In this document: piece by piece, positions 8,547 to 18,597 of the stretch
How positions within the stretch are numbered: position 1 is the first letter of the stretch
Layout: each line of letters starts with the position of its first letter
From: Candidatus Margulisiibacteriota bacterium
GTDB taxonomy: Bacteria; Margulisbacteria; WOR-1; O2-12-FULL-45-9
Assembly: GCA_043816785.1 (NCBI GenBank)
Contig: JBDRHP010000045.1
Coordinates: forward strand, 1 to 34,899
DNA length: 34,899 nucleotides
Reading direction: 5' to 3'
Notes under the pieces: generated by a model
Databases searched by the model: none
What the model was told of the DNA's origin: nothing
Seen by the model: the letters and a program-made list of their open reading frames with translations, nothing else
Made by a program: the position numbers and the translations under genes

Positions 8547-10004
8547 ATGGATAAAAGAATATCAAAAATTAAAATTTTCCTGCTGTTCGCATTGCTTATT
8601 TATTTTGCTTTCCTGATTTTTAATGCTGCTGTAACGATAGTCTTCCCTTATCCTGTTGATTACGCTGAAGGCATCTCTCTTGACCGAGTTTGTAAGATCA
8701 GCCAGTGGCGCTGGGACGGGATCTACGATGATATTGCTCAATATCCCTATCTTTCCTGCCAGTACAATCCTGTGGCCTGGTTCCTGATGGCCGGTCTGGC
8801 CAGGGTATTTGGCTGTTCTCTGGCATTAGGCCGAGTTTTTTCGTTTGTGACGGCGCTCTTGCTGGCTGTTTTGATCGGCTGGCTGGTTAAGCAATCGACC
8901 AAGGATGGATATGTCGCTTTGATCGCATCTTTGTTCTATCTGGCTTCCCCATATGTTTATTATCAGGCCCATGTTTTTGGCGATATCATGTCTTTAGGCA
9001 TTATTTTTAGCCTTTTGGGTATTTATTTGGTGTCAAAATACGAAGGTTCAAATAAGATATATTTAAGTTTACCTTTATTTATTCTGGCTTTTTATACCAA
9101 ACAGCCCTTTGTCGTTGCGCCGGCAGCGGCCTGTCTGTACCTGTTCTTCAAGGACAAGCGGACAGCTCTCAAGTTTGGCGGGACGTATGCCTTGTTGGTC
9201 TTAACCATATTTTTAATGGCAAATTGTCTGACCAGCGGCAACTTTTATTTCCATACGATTGCAGGCAATCGATTTGCCTATAACCTGGTCAAAATGCTCT
9301 TTGAGTACATCACGACGATACAGGTTCATTTTGTCCTGCTTGGATTTGCCGCTGCCTTTGCGCTGAATAAATTATTGAAAAGGGAGCTGGATCTTTTCTC
9401 TTTCTATTTTTGCCTGGCCGCTTTGGTCGCCGTTGGGGTGGGTAAGGCTGGGGCCAGTGCGATCTCTTATATGCTTGAGCCATTAGCCGTTGCCTGTGTG
9501 CTATTTTCTCGCTCTTTGGTAGAGCTGCAGTGCCGCTTTAAAGATTATATTTTGGCAAGATCATTGCTTGTTGTGCTGCTGATCCTTCAACTGGCGGCCC
9601 TGGCACACGCACCTTATACCGCAGACAGTACTTTTCGTCTCAGCTCAACCCCAACTGAAGATGCTCGCTTGATTGGGGAAAAGGTTTCCCGATACATACA
9701 AAGCACAAAAGGCAGGGTCCTGTCCCAGGATGCGGGATTAGTAGTGATCAATGGCAAAGAACTCTTGGTCGATCCAATCCTCGTCACGCAATTATCAAAG
9801 GGCGGCATGTGGGACCAAACAGGTCTGGTCACAGACATTGCTGACGGGCGATTTTCGCTGGTTCTGCTTAAGTTCGATCTAGAGCAAACTAAGAGTTCAG
9901 GCTGGTTCACTGATGAAATGCTGTCTGCGATCAGGAATAATTATTGTTTAGACGAGCGGATAGGGGAAAATTATCTTTATAAGCCAAAAAGGGGACACCG
10001 GTGA
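8547..10004 (+). CDS. GT-C-type membrane glycosyltransferase (ArnT/PMT_2-like)
   Basis: Acidic DYAEG loop after TM1, YNP motif, GRVFS, LAFYTKQ motif, about 11-12 hydrophobic segments and a soluble C-terminal domain. Alternative GTG start at 8541. Confidence 0.72.
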   Translation: MDKRISKIKIFLLFALLIYFAFLIFNAAVTIVFPYPVDYAEGISLDRVCKISQWRWDGIYDDIAQYPYLSCQYNPVAWFLMAGLARVFGCSLALGRVFSFVTALLLAVLIGWLVKQSTKDGYVALIASLFYLASPYVYYQAHVFGDIMSLGIIFSLLGIYLVSKYEGSNKIYLSLPLFILAFYTKQPFVVAPAAACLYLFFKDKRTALKFGGTYALLVLTIFLMANCLTSGNFYFHTIAGNRFAYNLVKMLFEYITTIQVHFVLLGFAAAFALNKLLKRELDLFSFYFCLAALVAVGVGKAGASAISYMLEPLAVACVLFSRSLVELQCRFKDYILARSLLVVLLILQLAALAHAPYTADSTFRLSSTPTEDARLIGEKVSRYIQSTKGRVLSQDAGLVVINGKELLVDPILVTQLSKGGMWDQTGLVTDIADGRFSLVLLKFDLEQTKSSGWFTDEMLSAIRNNYCLDERIGENYLYKPKRGHR

Positions 10005-11368
10005 TCAAAAAGGTCGCTTTGATAAATCCGGGCAGGGATGAACGGTTCGCGGTCCAGGAACCGCTGCATTTAGGTTTTATAGCTTCTTATTTGCTGAAGA
10101 ACGGCATAGAAGTCAGGATCATTGATGAACTGGCCGGCCAGAACGTTAAAGAGGAATTGCTTATGTTCCGGCCTGATCTGGCAGGCATCACAGCGACCAC
10201 CGCTCTGGCACCGGACGCTTATCGGATCGCGGATCTTTGTCGCTGGCTCGGTATCCGCACGGTCATGGGCGGTGTTCACGCCAGTATATTGCCGGACGAA
10301 GCTTTGGCGCATGTTGACATGGTGGTCAAAGGCGAAGGCGAGAACGCCTTATTAAAGATCATCAGTGAAGATCTAAGGACAGGAGTGATAGAAGAAGAGT
10401 ATATCAAGAACCTTGATGAGATCCCGATACCGGCCAGGCAGCTGATGGACATGGAATTCTATGTCCAGGCTAAGGATAGGATCCCGGAATCATACCTTTA
10501 TTTTGTTCCGCCGAAAACCAGAGTGGCTGCCATCCTGACCAGTCGTGGTTGCCCATATGACTGTATCTTTTGCCATAATAGCTGGAAAGGCATGCCTTTC
10601 CGCTTCAACAGCCCCGAGAGAGTTATAGAAGAGATTGATGTCTTGGTCAGTAAGTATCAGATCAAGGCCCTGTTCTTCATTGAGGATAACCTTTTTGTGC
10701 ACCGATCCAGGCTGAAGAAGATCTGTGAACTGTTGCTGGAACGGAAATATGAGCTTGTTTGGGGCGGCAATGCCAGGGTGGACAATGTCGATCCTGAGAT
10801 ACTGGCCCTGGCTAAACGGGCAGGCTGCCGCCAGATAACCTTTGGTTTTGAAAGCGGTTCGCAAAAGATCCTTGATATTTTACGCAAACGCACTACCGTG
10901 GAACAGATAGTTAAGGCCATCAGGATGACGCGTGAGGCGGGGTTATTGGTCAATGGGACGTTCATCATCGGCAATCCCGAGGAAACGGTCGAGGATATAC
11001 GAGCCACCCAGCGATTGATCCGCGAGAACCCGATCGACAGCGTTGGTATTTGTATCGCCACCCCTTTCCCGGGCACGGAGCTCTGGAATATCGCCGAGCG
11101 ACAGGGGGCCATCTCAAAGGACCTCAAATGGTCTGATTTCACTTACGACAGGATACCGATCTGGGTAAATAATAAAATGGCCCCCCAAGAGATATTAAGA
11201 TACTTTGATGAAACCGTTCATCTGGCTAGATCAAAATCAACGATCGGCGTAAGGCAGATCCTGGTTTCTTACCTTTTTCGGCCTGGTAAGGTCATGGCCC
11301 AAATGGTCAAGGCCGTGCGCTATCCGGGCAAATTAATGACATTTTTAAGGAGGATCAGGCTGAAATGA
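10001..11368 (+). CDS. Cobalamin-binding radical SAM protein
   Basis: PLHLGFIASYL, VMGGVHAS, GEGE, TSRGCPYDCIFC, GFESGSQKIL and TPFPGTELW motifs. Confidence 0.93.
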   Translation: MIKKVALINPGRDERFAVQEPLHLGFIASYLLKNGIEVRIIDELAGQNVKEELLMFRPDLAGITATTALAPDAYRIADLCRWLGIRTVMGGVHASILPDEALAHVDMVVKGEGENALLKIISEDLRTGVIEEEYIKNLDEIPIPARQLMDMEFYVQAKDRIPESYLYFVPPKTRVAAILTSRGCPYDCIFCHNSWKGMPFRFNSPERVIEEIDVLVSKYQIKALFFIEDNLFVHRSRLKKICELLLERKYELVWGGNARVDNVDPEILALAKRAGCRQITFGFESGSQKILDILRKRTTVEQIVKAIRMTREAGLLVNGTFIIGNPEETVEDIRATQRLIRENPIDSVGICIATPFPGTELWNIAERQGAISKDLKWSDFTYDRIPIWVNNKMAPQEILRYFDETVHLARSKSTIGVRQILVSYLFRPGKVMAQMVKAVRYPGKLMTFLRRIRLK

Positions 11369-12435
11369 TCAAGAAACTCGGTTATTTGCTCTTCTTGCTA
11401 AGGACCAAGGGGGTGGCATATACCTTCAATTATATCCATTTTAAGCTGTTCTATTACACTGAGAAGCCGTTCTTAAGCAGGTTGCTGCACTGGCTGGACC
11501 CATATCCGCCTTATGTTGAAATTGAGACTACTACCGCCTGTAATCTTAAATGCTTGATCTGTGAACACACTTACTGGAAGGAAAAGAGCCTTAATATGTC
11601 TTTTGAACAATTCAAGAAGATTCTCGATCAATTCCCGGGATTGAAATGGATCGGACTGACCGGTATCGGCGAAAGTTTCCTGAACAAAGATTTCATGAAG
11701 ATCCTTGAGCTGGTGAAATCACGCAATATATATATTGAGATGTTTGATACGTTTTATTTTGTTGACGAAAAAAATGCGGAGAAATTGGTTGATCTTGAGG
11801 TGGACAAGATCATTCCATCCATAGATGGCGCAACCGCTGAAACCTACAATAAGATCAGGGTTGGTTCGGATTTTGACAAGATCACTAAAAATGTCAAGGC
11901 TTTGATTGACCATAAGAAACGCAAAAAAGCCCATTTTCCTGAGCTTGATTTCCATTTCATTATTAATAAATTGAATGTACATGAGATCTCACAATATGTG
12001 GATTATGTGCATGATCTTACTGGCGGCGCGGCGCAGATCTATTTTACACGTCTGCTGCATAATTTCCCTGAGGTTCAGGATCTTTATTGTGATCAAATAC
12101 CTCAGGAATTGGTGGATGAGGCAAATTCAAAAGCCGCAAAATACGGCATGAGGATCAAATGGAATATCAACCTCAGGACGGAAAAACCATCAACATCTTT
12201 ATGTACGGCGTGGGTCATGCCATTTATCTTTGTTACGGGAGAGGTCATTTGTTGCTGTGCTACTAATGAAGGCAATGCCCGTGATCTTCAAAAGAAATAC
12301 AGTTTCGGCAATGTATTTGAGAAACCTTTCAAGGAGATCTGGAGTTTGTCCCGCTATCGTAACTTTAGAAAGGCATTGTACCGGCATCAGGTCCCTATTC
12401 AATGCAGAAATTGCTGTAATTACGGGGGAAAGTAA
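11365..12435 (+). CDS. Radical SAM protein with SPASM/twitch-type C-terminal Cys domain
   Basis: IETTTACNLKCLIC, GIGES and SIDGATAETYNKIR motifs. C-terminal C..W.....VTGEVICCC...FGNVFE.PFKEIW...CRNCC. Confidence 0.9.
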   Translation: MIKKLGYLLFLLRTKGVAYTFNYIHFKLFYYTEKPFLSRLLHWLDPYPPYVEIETTTACNLKCLICEHTYWKEKSLNMSFEQFKKILDQFPGLKWIGLTGIGESFLNKDFMKILELVKSRNIYIEMFDTFYFVDEKNAEKLVDLEVDKIIPSIDGATAETYNKIRVGSDFDKITKNVKALIDHKKRKKAHFPELDFHFIINKLNVHEISQYVDYVHDLTGGAAQIYFTRLLHNFPEVQDLYCDQIPQELVDEANSKAAKYGMRIKWNINLRTEKPSTSLCTAWVMPFIFVTGEVICCCATNEGNARDLQKKYSFGNVFEKPFKEIWSLSRYRNFRKALYRHQVPIQCRNCCNYGGK

Positions 12436-13550
12436 TGGAGAAGTATCTTTTTATAAATCCTGAGGCGCGAGTCAACCAAGCTATTCCAAATTTAGGTTTG
12501 GCTTATGCGGCAACAAGTTTAGGCGTTAAGGTCATTGATCTTAATACTCTCTCGAGTCCGCCAGACCGGTATTTAAAGGTAGAGGCTGAAACACTTGGAA
12601 TATCCGTGCAATCACGCACGCTTTCCGAGGCAAAAAAGATTGCGCGAAAATACAAGGAGAAGTTTCCACATGCTACAATTAAATCTGTTTCCGGGTTTTT
12701 AGATGTTTTGTGCTGTTATCCGTATATGGATTTTGATAATAGGATCCATTTTGCTGAGCCTTTCTCTGATGAATATCCCTTTCCTAATTATGAGCTTTTT
12801 GATTCGTTCCCGAAATTTCAAAAAAACTGGAAAAGCGGCAAATGGCAATATGTGGTCATGACCAGTCAGGGTTGTCCGTATCAGTGCATTTATTGCTCAA
12901 GCAGAAACAGGAAATGGCTTTCGAGGAGCGCTGAAAATTCAATTGAAGAACTGAGGCGGGCTAAAGAAAGATGGGGCATAAAATCTTTCAATATCATTGA
13001 TGATTGCTTCAATATTAACAAACAGAGGTTGTTGAAGTTCTGTGAACTGGTGAAGCCCCTTAATCTTTCCTGGGCCTGTGCCAATGGTTTGCGGGCTGAT
13101 CTGTTCGATGAAGAGATCGCCAGGGCCATCACTGAAGCAGGCTGTAAACACATCAGCTTTGGCGTTGAGTCGTCCGATCCGGATGTCTTAAAGCAAATTA
13201 AGAAGGGCGAAACGATCGAGCATCTGGAAACAGCCATCAAAACAGCCAAACGATACGCCCAAAGTGTTAGTGGTTTCTTTATCATCGGTTTGCCTGGCAG
13301 CAGTTATGAAAAGGACCTGTTCAGCCTGCGCTGGGCCGAAAGGCTGGGGATTATTGCTCATTTTAGCTATTATGTGCCTTCTGACAAAGTGCTCGAGGCT
13401 GACCAGATATTCTATGGACGGGATGCTGAGCCGGTCAGTGATATTTATCCCAAGAACATGCAAAAAAAAGTCTATCGCATGACTGCTGGCATGCGACCGG
13501 GTTTTAGCTGGAGAAAATTGGCCCGGAAGGTGAAAGGTCTTTTCAAATGA
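12435..13550 (+). CDS. Radical SAM protein of the B12-dependent class with a shortened N-terminal domain
   Basis: PNLGLAYAAT, TSQGCPYQCIYC, IIDDCF, FGVESSDP.VL and GFFIIGLPG motifs. The GGxHxS/T and GEGE segments are absent. Confidence 0.85.
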   Translation: MEKYLFINPEARVNQAIPNLGLAYAATSLGVKVIDLNTLSSPPDRYLKVEAETLGISVQSRTLSEAKKIARKYKEKFPHATIKSVSGFLDVLCCYPYMDFDNRIHFAEPFSDEYPFPNYELFDSFPKFQKNWKSGKWQYVVMTSQGCPYQCIYCSSRNRKWLSRSAENSIEELRRAKERWGIKSFNIIDDCFNINKQRLLKFCELVKPLNLSWACANGLRADLFDEEIARAITEAGCKHISFGVESSDPDVLKQIKKGETIEHLETAIKTAKRYAQSVSGFFIIGLPGSSYEKDLFSLRWAERLGIIAHFSYYVPSDKVLEADQIFYGRDAEPVSDIYPKNMQKKVYRMTAGMRPGFSWRKLARKVKGLFK

Positions 13551-14752
13551 AGATACTGCATGTAACAGATCGTCTGCCCGGGTACCATAAGTCTTGGGGT
13601 GGGGCTGAAAAAACCTGCCAAACCATCATTAAATATTTTTATAACTCTGGAAAACACGAGTCTGTGGCTGCTACTACGCCTTTTGATAAAGGTCAGGCTA
13701 GCGATATAGTCATCCCAGTGAGGACAATGGCGAATCTTCTGGGTTTTCGACTGCCTTTTGATCCGCTGGTCTATTGGCAGATGCGCAAGCTTTTGAAGCA
13801 AGTTCGACCCGACATCATTCATCTTCACCGCTTTACTCATTTATCCTTTGCCGTGGTTTCAGCTGCTAAAAAGCAAAATATTCCTGTAGTTATGTCCATT
13901 TATGATTATTGGCTGGTCTGTCCGAACGAGACCCTGGTCAAACGCGATGAGAGCAATTGTATTGCTTTCCAGGGGCTAAGATGTCTGGGTTGTCTCCGCA
14001 CCAAAAACCCGTTGAAGATGATATTTTTAATGTTCAGGCGGCTCATATTTAGGCATTATATTAAAATGATAGATGTTTTCATCGTACTTTCAGCTGCTTC
14101 ACGCGATCTCGTTATTTCCTATGGGATACCAAAAGAAAGGATAGCGGTCCTGCCGCTTTCTTATGAATCAGTAGAAAACGAAGCTGAAGGGCCAGTCCAG
14201 GCCCGGAATATTCTTTTGATCGGTTGGGTCCAGCAGCGCAAGGGGCAGCTTGTTCTGCTGGCGGCCATGCCTGAGGTCATGAAAAAATACGCGGATGTTA
14301 AATTGTGGCTGATCGGCCAGGTCGTGGATAATGATTATCAGAAAAGGATCGTTAGATTTATTTCAGAAAATGATTTATCTGGCAATGTAGAGTTCCTGGG
14401 ACGCCTTTCTGACACCGATTTTAAACAGGTCTTTTCGCAAGCAGGTATCATTGCTGTTCCGGAGCAGTGGCAGAACATGTCGCCAGTCATTATCCTTGAG
14501 GCCATGGCCAAAGGAAAACTTGTGCTCGCCAGCCGCATTGGCGGTATTCCGGAAATGATCAGGGATGCGGAGAATGGATTGCTGGCCCCTCCAGAGAGCC
14601 CTGAAGAGTTCGCCAAAAAGATCATCTGGTCTTTTGAGAACGCGGACAAGGTTGAAAAAATCAAAGCGCGCGCCAGACAGGATGTCATTGAGCATTATGA
14701 TGGCAATAAGAATAGGGCTAAACTGGAAGTGATCTATGAGTCAACGATATAA
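13547..14752 (+). CDS. GT4 family glycosyltransferase with a Cys-rich insert
   Basis: GGAE N-terminal motif, PDIIHLH, KG, ILEAMAKGKLVLASRIGGIPEMI. Confidence 0.9.
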   Translation: MKILHVTDRLPGYHKSWGGAEKTCQTIIKYFYNSGKHESVAATTPFDKGQASDIVIPVRTMANLLGFRLPFDPLVYWQMRKLLKQVRPDIIHLHRFTHLSFAVVSAAKKQNIPVVMSIYDYWLVCPNETLVKRDESNCIAFQGLRCLGCLRTKNPLKMIFLMFRRLIFRHYIKMIDVFIVLSAASRDLVISYGIPKERIAVLPLSYESVENEAEGPVQARNILLIGWVQQRKGQLVLLAAMPEVMKKYADVKLWLIGQVVDNDYQKRIVRFISENDLSGNVEFLGRLSDTDFKQVFSQAGIIAVPEQWQNMSPVIILEAMAKGKLVLASRIGGIPEMIRDAENGLLAPPESPEEFAKKIIWSFENADKVEKIKARARQDVIEHYDGNKNRAKLEVIYESTI

Positions 14753-15443
14753 GAACAAGAAATGTGTCATTCTTTGCGGCGGTCCTGGCACCAGGTTGAA
14801 CCCTGTGACAAAGGACCTGCCAAAATCTCTAGTGCCGGTCAATGGCCGGCCGATCCTTTATTATATTATTGAATACTGGCGTAGGTTCACTGATGATTTT
14901 GTATTCGTTGTTAATTATAAAAAGGAAGACATCATAAAATATGTTGTCGGCTTGCCGATCAATGCAGAATTCATTAAGGAGAGCAGCCAGCCAAAGGGGA
15001 TCGCCAATGCTTTGACCCTGGCGGAGAACTCTGTCGGTGATCACTTTACCCTGGTCTTAGGCGATTGCCTCTGCCAGGGAGAATTTGTATTCCCAGAAGT
15101 ATTTGAGTCCGGTGTGGGGGTATGGGAAACGGATATTCCCGAGAGCATCAAACAGAGCTATTCAATTGAGATAAAGAACGATAAGGTGACACGAGTGGTT
15201 GAAAAGCCCAGGGAAATACCTAACAACCTGTGTGGTCTGGGGTTTTACTTTTTCAGCAAGCAGATCTTTAATGCGATCCGCCAGACGCCACCCTCGCCTT
15301 TAAAGGGCCGGGTTGAGCTGACCGACGCGATCCAAAAGCTGATAGATGCTGGAGAAGTCGTCAGTCCGGTAAGATTAAAAGGACAGTACTTGAACTTAAC
15401 CTACCCAGAAGACATAAAAAGAGCGGAGCAGATGCTGTCATGA
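14736..15443 (+). CDS. Sugar-phosphate nucleotidyltransferase (RmlA-like)
   Basis: ILCGGPGTRLNP...PKSLVPVNGRP, LGD, VEKP and GRVELTDAIQ motifs. Confidence 0.9.
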   Translation: MSQRYKNKKCVILCGGPGTRLNPVTKDLPKSLVPVNGRPILYYIIEYWRRFTDDFVFVVNYKKEDIIKYVVGLPINAEFIKESSQPKGIANALTLAENSVGDHFTLVLGDCLCQGEFVFPEVFESGVGVWETDIPESIKQSYSIEIKNDKVTRVVEKPREIPNNLCGLGFYFFSKQIFNAIRQTPPSPLKGRVELTDAIQKLIDAGEVVSPVRLKGQYLNLTYPEDIKRAEQMLS

Positions 15444-16531
15444 GGATCGGAATTGATATAAGAGCGTTGTCCCAGCCGCATTGCGGCATTGGCAGCCATA
15501 CTTTGAACCTGGTCAAAAACCTGCTGCAGCTTGACCGGCAGGATCAATTTTATCTTTACACCTGCCGGGAATTTGATGCAGGATCATTGAGCAGGTATCC
15601 TAATATCGTGATCAGGAAGACATATTTCCCTAATGGGACCTTGTGGGCGCAAACGATCTTGCCTTTTCAGATCGCCCGCGACAGGATCGATGTTTTTCAT
15701 TCGCCTGAGTCAATGGTGCCGATCCGGGGCAGGGTCCCTTCCATTGTCACGGTACATGATCTGACCACTTTTATATTCCCAAAAGAAAGCGACAAGAAGG
15801 CAAGATCGGCGGCCCGGCTTTATCCTTGGGTCTTTGGCAAGGCTAAAAAGATCACTGCTGATTCAAAGAATACCAAAGCGGATATCATGAGGCTTTTTAA
15901 GATCGGACCCGATAAGATCGAGGTCATTCCCAGCGCTTTTGACGCAAATGCCTATTATCCTGATAAGAAAATTAAAAGCGTTTTGGATAAATATGACATA
16001 AAACAACCATATATCTTGACCGTTGGGGTCATAAGCCCCAGAAAGAACATTAACAGGCTTATTCAGGCTTGTGGGATAGTGCAGCAAAAAAGACCTGTTT
16101 CTCTGGTGATCGCCGGTCCAGAAGGTTGGGGCCATAAGGAGACCATTGAGCAAGCGCACAGAGCCGGAGCTGTGGTCACTGGCGCTCTGCCGGTCGAGGA
16201 GCTCAGGGCTCTTTACAACGGCGCATCGGTCTTTGCTTATCCATCTGTTTATGAAGGCTTTGGTATACCGATACTGGAAGCAATGGCTTGCCAAACACCG
16301 GTCGTAGCATCAGAGGCTTCTTCCATACCTGAAGTTGTGGACGATGCTGGTTTGCTTTTTGACCCAAATGACCCGGCTGCGATAGCGGCTGCTATCGAAA
16401 AGGTAATGAGCGATGCTTCGCTGGCCGCTTCATTGGTGGCCAAAGGAAATGAACGGATCAGACAATTCTCATGGCAAGCGGTTGCCAGTAAGACCTTGGA
16501 GCTGTATCGGGAGGTAGCGCAAGGAAAATGA
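15440..16531 (+). CDS. GT4 family glycosyltransferase (WbpY/MtfB-like)
   Basis: VTVHDL, PRKN, PSVYEGFGIPILEAMAC and FSW motifs. Confidence 0.93.
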   Translation: MRIGIDIRALSQPHCGIGSHTLNLVKNLLQLDRQDQFYLYTCREFDAGSLSRYPNIVIRKTYFPNGTLWAQTILPFQIARDRIDVFHSPESMVPIRGRVPSIVTVHDLTTFIFPKESDKKARSAARLYPWVFGKAKKITADSKNTKADIMRLFKIGPDKIEVIPSAFDANAYYPDKKIKSVLDKYDIKQPYILTVGVISPRKNINRLIQACGIVQQKRPVSLVIAGPEGWGHKETIEQAHRAGAVVTGALPVEELRALYNGASVFAYPSVYEGFGIPILEAMACQTPVVASEASSIPEVVDDAGLLFDPNDPAAIAAAIEKVMSDASLAASLVAKGNERIRQFSWQAVASKTLELYREVAQGK

Positions 16532-17655
16532 AGATACTTTTGGACGCGAGAATGGTCGTGGCAAAGGATTTCGGCATGGGCCGTTATCTCTATAATCTGC
16601 TCAAGGAATTGGCCAATATCGACCAAGAGAACGATTATGTCATTATGGTCAACGATGATTATCTCGCTGATCTGCTCAAGCCGGCCAAGAACTTTAGGCT
16701 GTTGAAAGTAGGGCTTAAATGGTTGGGCCTGATGGAGCAGTTTCGCTTGCCCGGGATCATCAAAAAAGTCCAGCCCGATATCTTTCATGCCGGCTCTTTC
16801 GTTGTGCCGCTGGTCCAGCCGTGCCCCACGATCGCGACGATATATGATCTGATCCATGTCAGGTACCCGAAGCGCTATTTTTGGTTGCACAGCATCTATT
16901 ATAATCTTGTGCTGCGCAAGGCGCTGATGACGGTCAAGCGAATCATCACGATATCTGAGTTCTCAAAAAATGATCTTGTTGCTTTTTATAAACTGCCAAA
17001 AGAGCTCATCAGGGTCGCTTATCCTGCTGTTGAAGAGGCTTTTTGCCAGATAAAAGATCGCGCTTTAGTTGATAGCTTTAGGCAGCAGCGGGGTTTGCCG
17101 GAGAGATTCATCCTTTATGTTGGCAATAGAAAAAAACATAAGAACCTGCTCTGTTTGTTGACCGCATATAGTAAGTTGGCAACAGGCCGGCAGTTGGATC
17201 ATAAATTAGTCCTTTCGGGTCCTGAAGATAATGAAACTAAAGCTTTTTTAAAGAGATATAATATAGAGGGAGGTGTTATCTTTGCCGGCATGGTCAGAGA
17301 TTCCGATCTGGCGTTGCTTTATAATGCGGCTGACCTGTTCGTTTTTCCCTCGTTGTTTGAAGGTTTTGGACTGCCGCCCTTGGAAGCAATGGCTTGCGGT
17401 GTTCCGGTAGTGACCTCAAATACATCGTCACTGCCTGAAGTCGTTGGCAACGCGGCTTTGTTGTTTGATCCCAAGGATGTTGAAGGGTTGGCGCAAGCCA
17501 TCCTTAGAGTTTTAACTGATCGATCGCTGGCCCAGGGCCTGATAAAAAACGGCTTGGAGCAGGTTAAGAAATTTTCCTGGGCAGAATGTGCCCAGAGAAC
17601 CTTAGAAGTTTATAACGATGCAACAAAAAAGGATAGGGTGTATAATGGGAAATAA
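16528..17655 (+). CDS. GT4 family glycosyltransferase (WbpY/MtfB-like)
   Basis: GMGRY, TIYDL, HKNL, FPSLFEGFGLPPLEAMACG and FSW motifs. Confidence 0.93.
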   Translation: MKILLDARMVVAKDFGMGRYLYNLLKELANIDQENDYVIMVNDDYLADLLKPAKNFRLLKVGLKWLGLMEQFRLPGIIKKVQPDIFHAGSFVVPLVQPCPTIATIYDLIHVRYPKRYFWLHSIYYNLVLRKALMTVKRIITISEFSKNDLVAFYKLPKELIRVAYPAVEEAFCQIKDRALVDSFRQQRGLPERFILYVGNRKKHKNLLCLLTAYSKLATGRQLDHKLVLSGPEDNETKAFLKRYNIEGGVIFAGMVRDSDLALLYNAADLFVFPSLFEGFGLPPLEAMACGVPVVTSNTSSLPEVVGNAALLFDPKDVEGLAQAILRVLTDRSLAQGLIKNGLEQVKKFSWAECAQRTLEVYNDATKKDRVYNGK

Positions 17656-18583
17656 GATATTAGTTACAGGCGGTGCCGGCTATCTGGGCTCGATCCTGGT
17701 GCCGGAGTTGTTGCGGATAGGCCACAGGGTCACAGTTCTAGACAATCTCAGGTATGGGCAGGCGCCTTTGCTGGATCGCTGTTCAAATGATAATTTCACT
17801 TTTGTGCGCGGAGATGCCAGTGATGAGGACCTGCTTAAAACATTGCTGGCCGGTTCAGATCATATTATCCCGCTGGCGGCTTTGGTCGGCGCGCCGATAT
17901 GCAGGCTGGACAAGCTTGGAGCGGTTACGATCAACCGTGACGCCATTGTTTCTCTGGTCAAGCTGGTGTCTAAAGACCAGCGGATAATAATCCCGACCAC
18001 TAACAGCGGTTATGGCGTCGGGCAAAAAGGCGTTTACTGCACAGAAGCAACGCCGTTAAATCCGATAACTCTATACGGCCGGACAAAAGTCGAGGCTGAA
18101 AAAGCAGTGCTGGACAGGGGCAATGCCATCAGCCTGAGGCTGGCAACGGTCTTTGGCATGTCCCCGCGCATGAGGATCGACCTGCTGGTGAATGATTTTA
18201 CCTATCGGGCGGTCAAGGACAGGTTCATTATTGTTTTTGAGGGTCATTTCAAGCGCAACTATGTCCATATCCGTGACGTGGCGCGCGCTTTTTTGTTCGC
18301 CATAGAAAATTTTGATAAGATGAAGGATAACGCGTTCAATGTCGGTTTGTCGGACGCCAATCTGAGCAAGCTGGACCTTTGTGCCAAGATCAAAGAACAG
18401 GTGCCTGATTTTGTGTATCTGGAAGCGCCGATCGGAGAGGATCCGGATAAGCGAGATTATATAGTGTCTAACGAAAAGATCGAGAAGCTGGGGTTTAAAC
18501 CTGCTTTTTCGCTTGAAATGGGCATTAAAGAGCTTATTAAGGGGTATCAGATCATTAACAACAACAAGTATGGTAATGTTTGA
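17645..18583 (+). CDS. NAD-dependent epimerase/dehydratase/reductase (extended SDR)
   Basis: ILVTGGAGYLG, YGRTK (YxxxK), LRLATVFG.SPRMR.DLLVN motifs. Likely start is the ATG at 17645. Confidence 0.9.
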   Translation: MGNKILVTGGAGYLGSILVPELLRIGHRVTVLDNLRYGQAPLLDRCSNDNFTFVRGDASDEDLLKTLLAGSDHIIPLAALVGAPICRLDKLGAVTINRDAIVSLVKLVSKDQRIIIPTTNSGYGVGQKGVYCTEATPLNPITLYGRTKVEAEKAVLDRGNAISLRLATVFGMSPRMRIDLLVNDFTYRAVKDRFIIVFEGHFKRNYVHIRDVARAFLFAIENFDKMKDNAFNVGLSDANLSKLDLCAKIKEQVPDFVYLEAPIGEDPDKRDYIVSNEKIEKLGFKPAFSLEMGIKELIKGYQIINNNKYGNV

Positions 18584-18597
18584 TTGGAGGTAAGACA

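Noticed and set aside
10001..13550. RiPP (modified peptide) cluster suggested by tandem radical SAM/SPASM genes
   Set aside because: No precursor peptide, PqqD/RRE domain, peptidase or peptide exporter is visible, and the context is entirely glycan biosynthesis.
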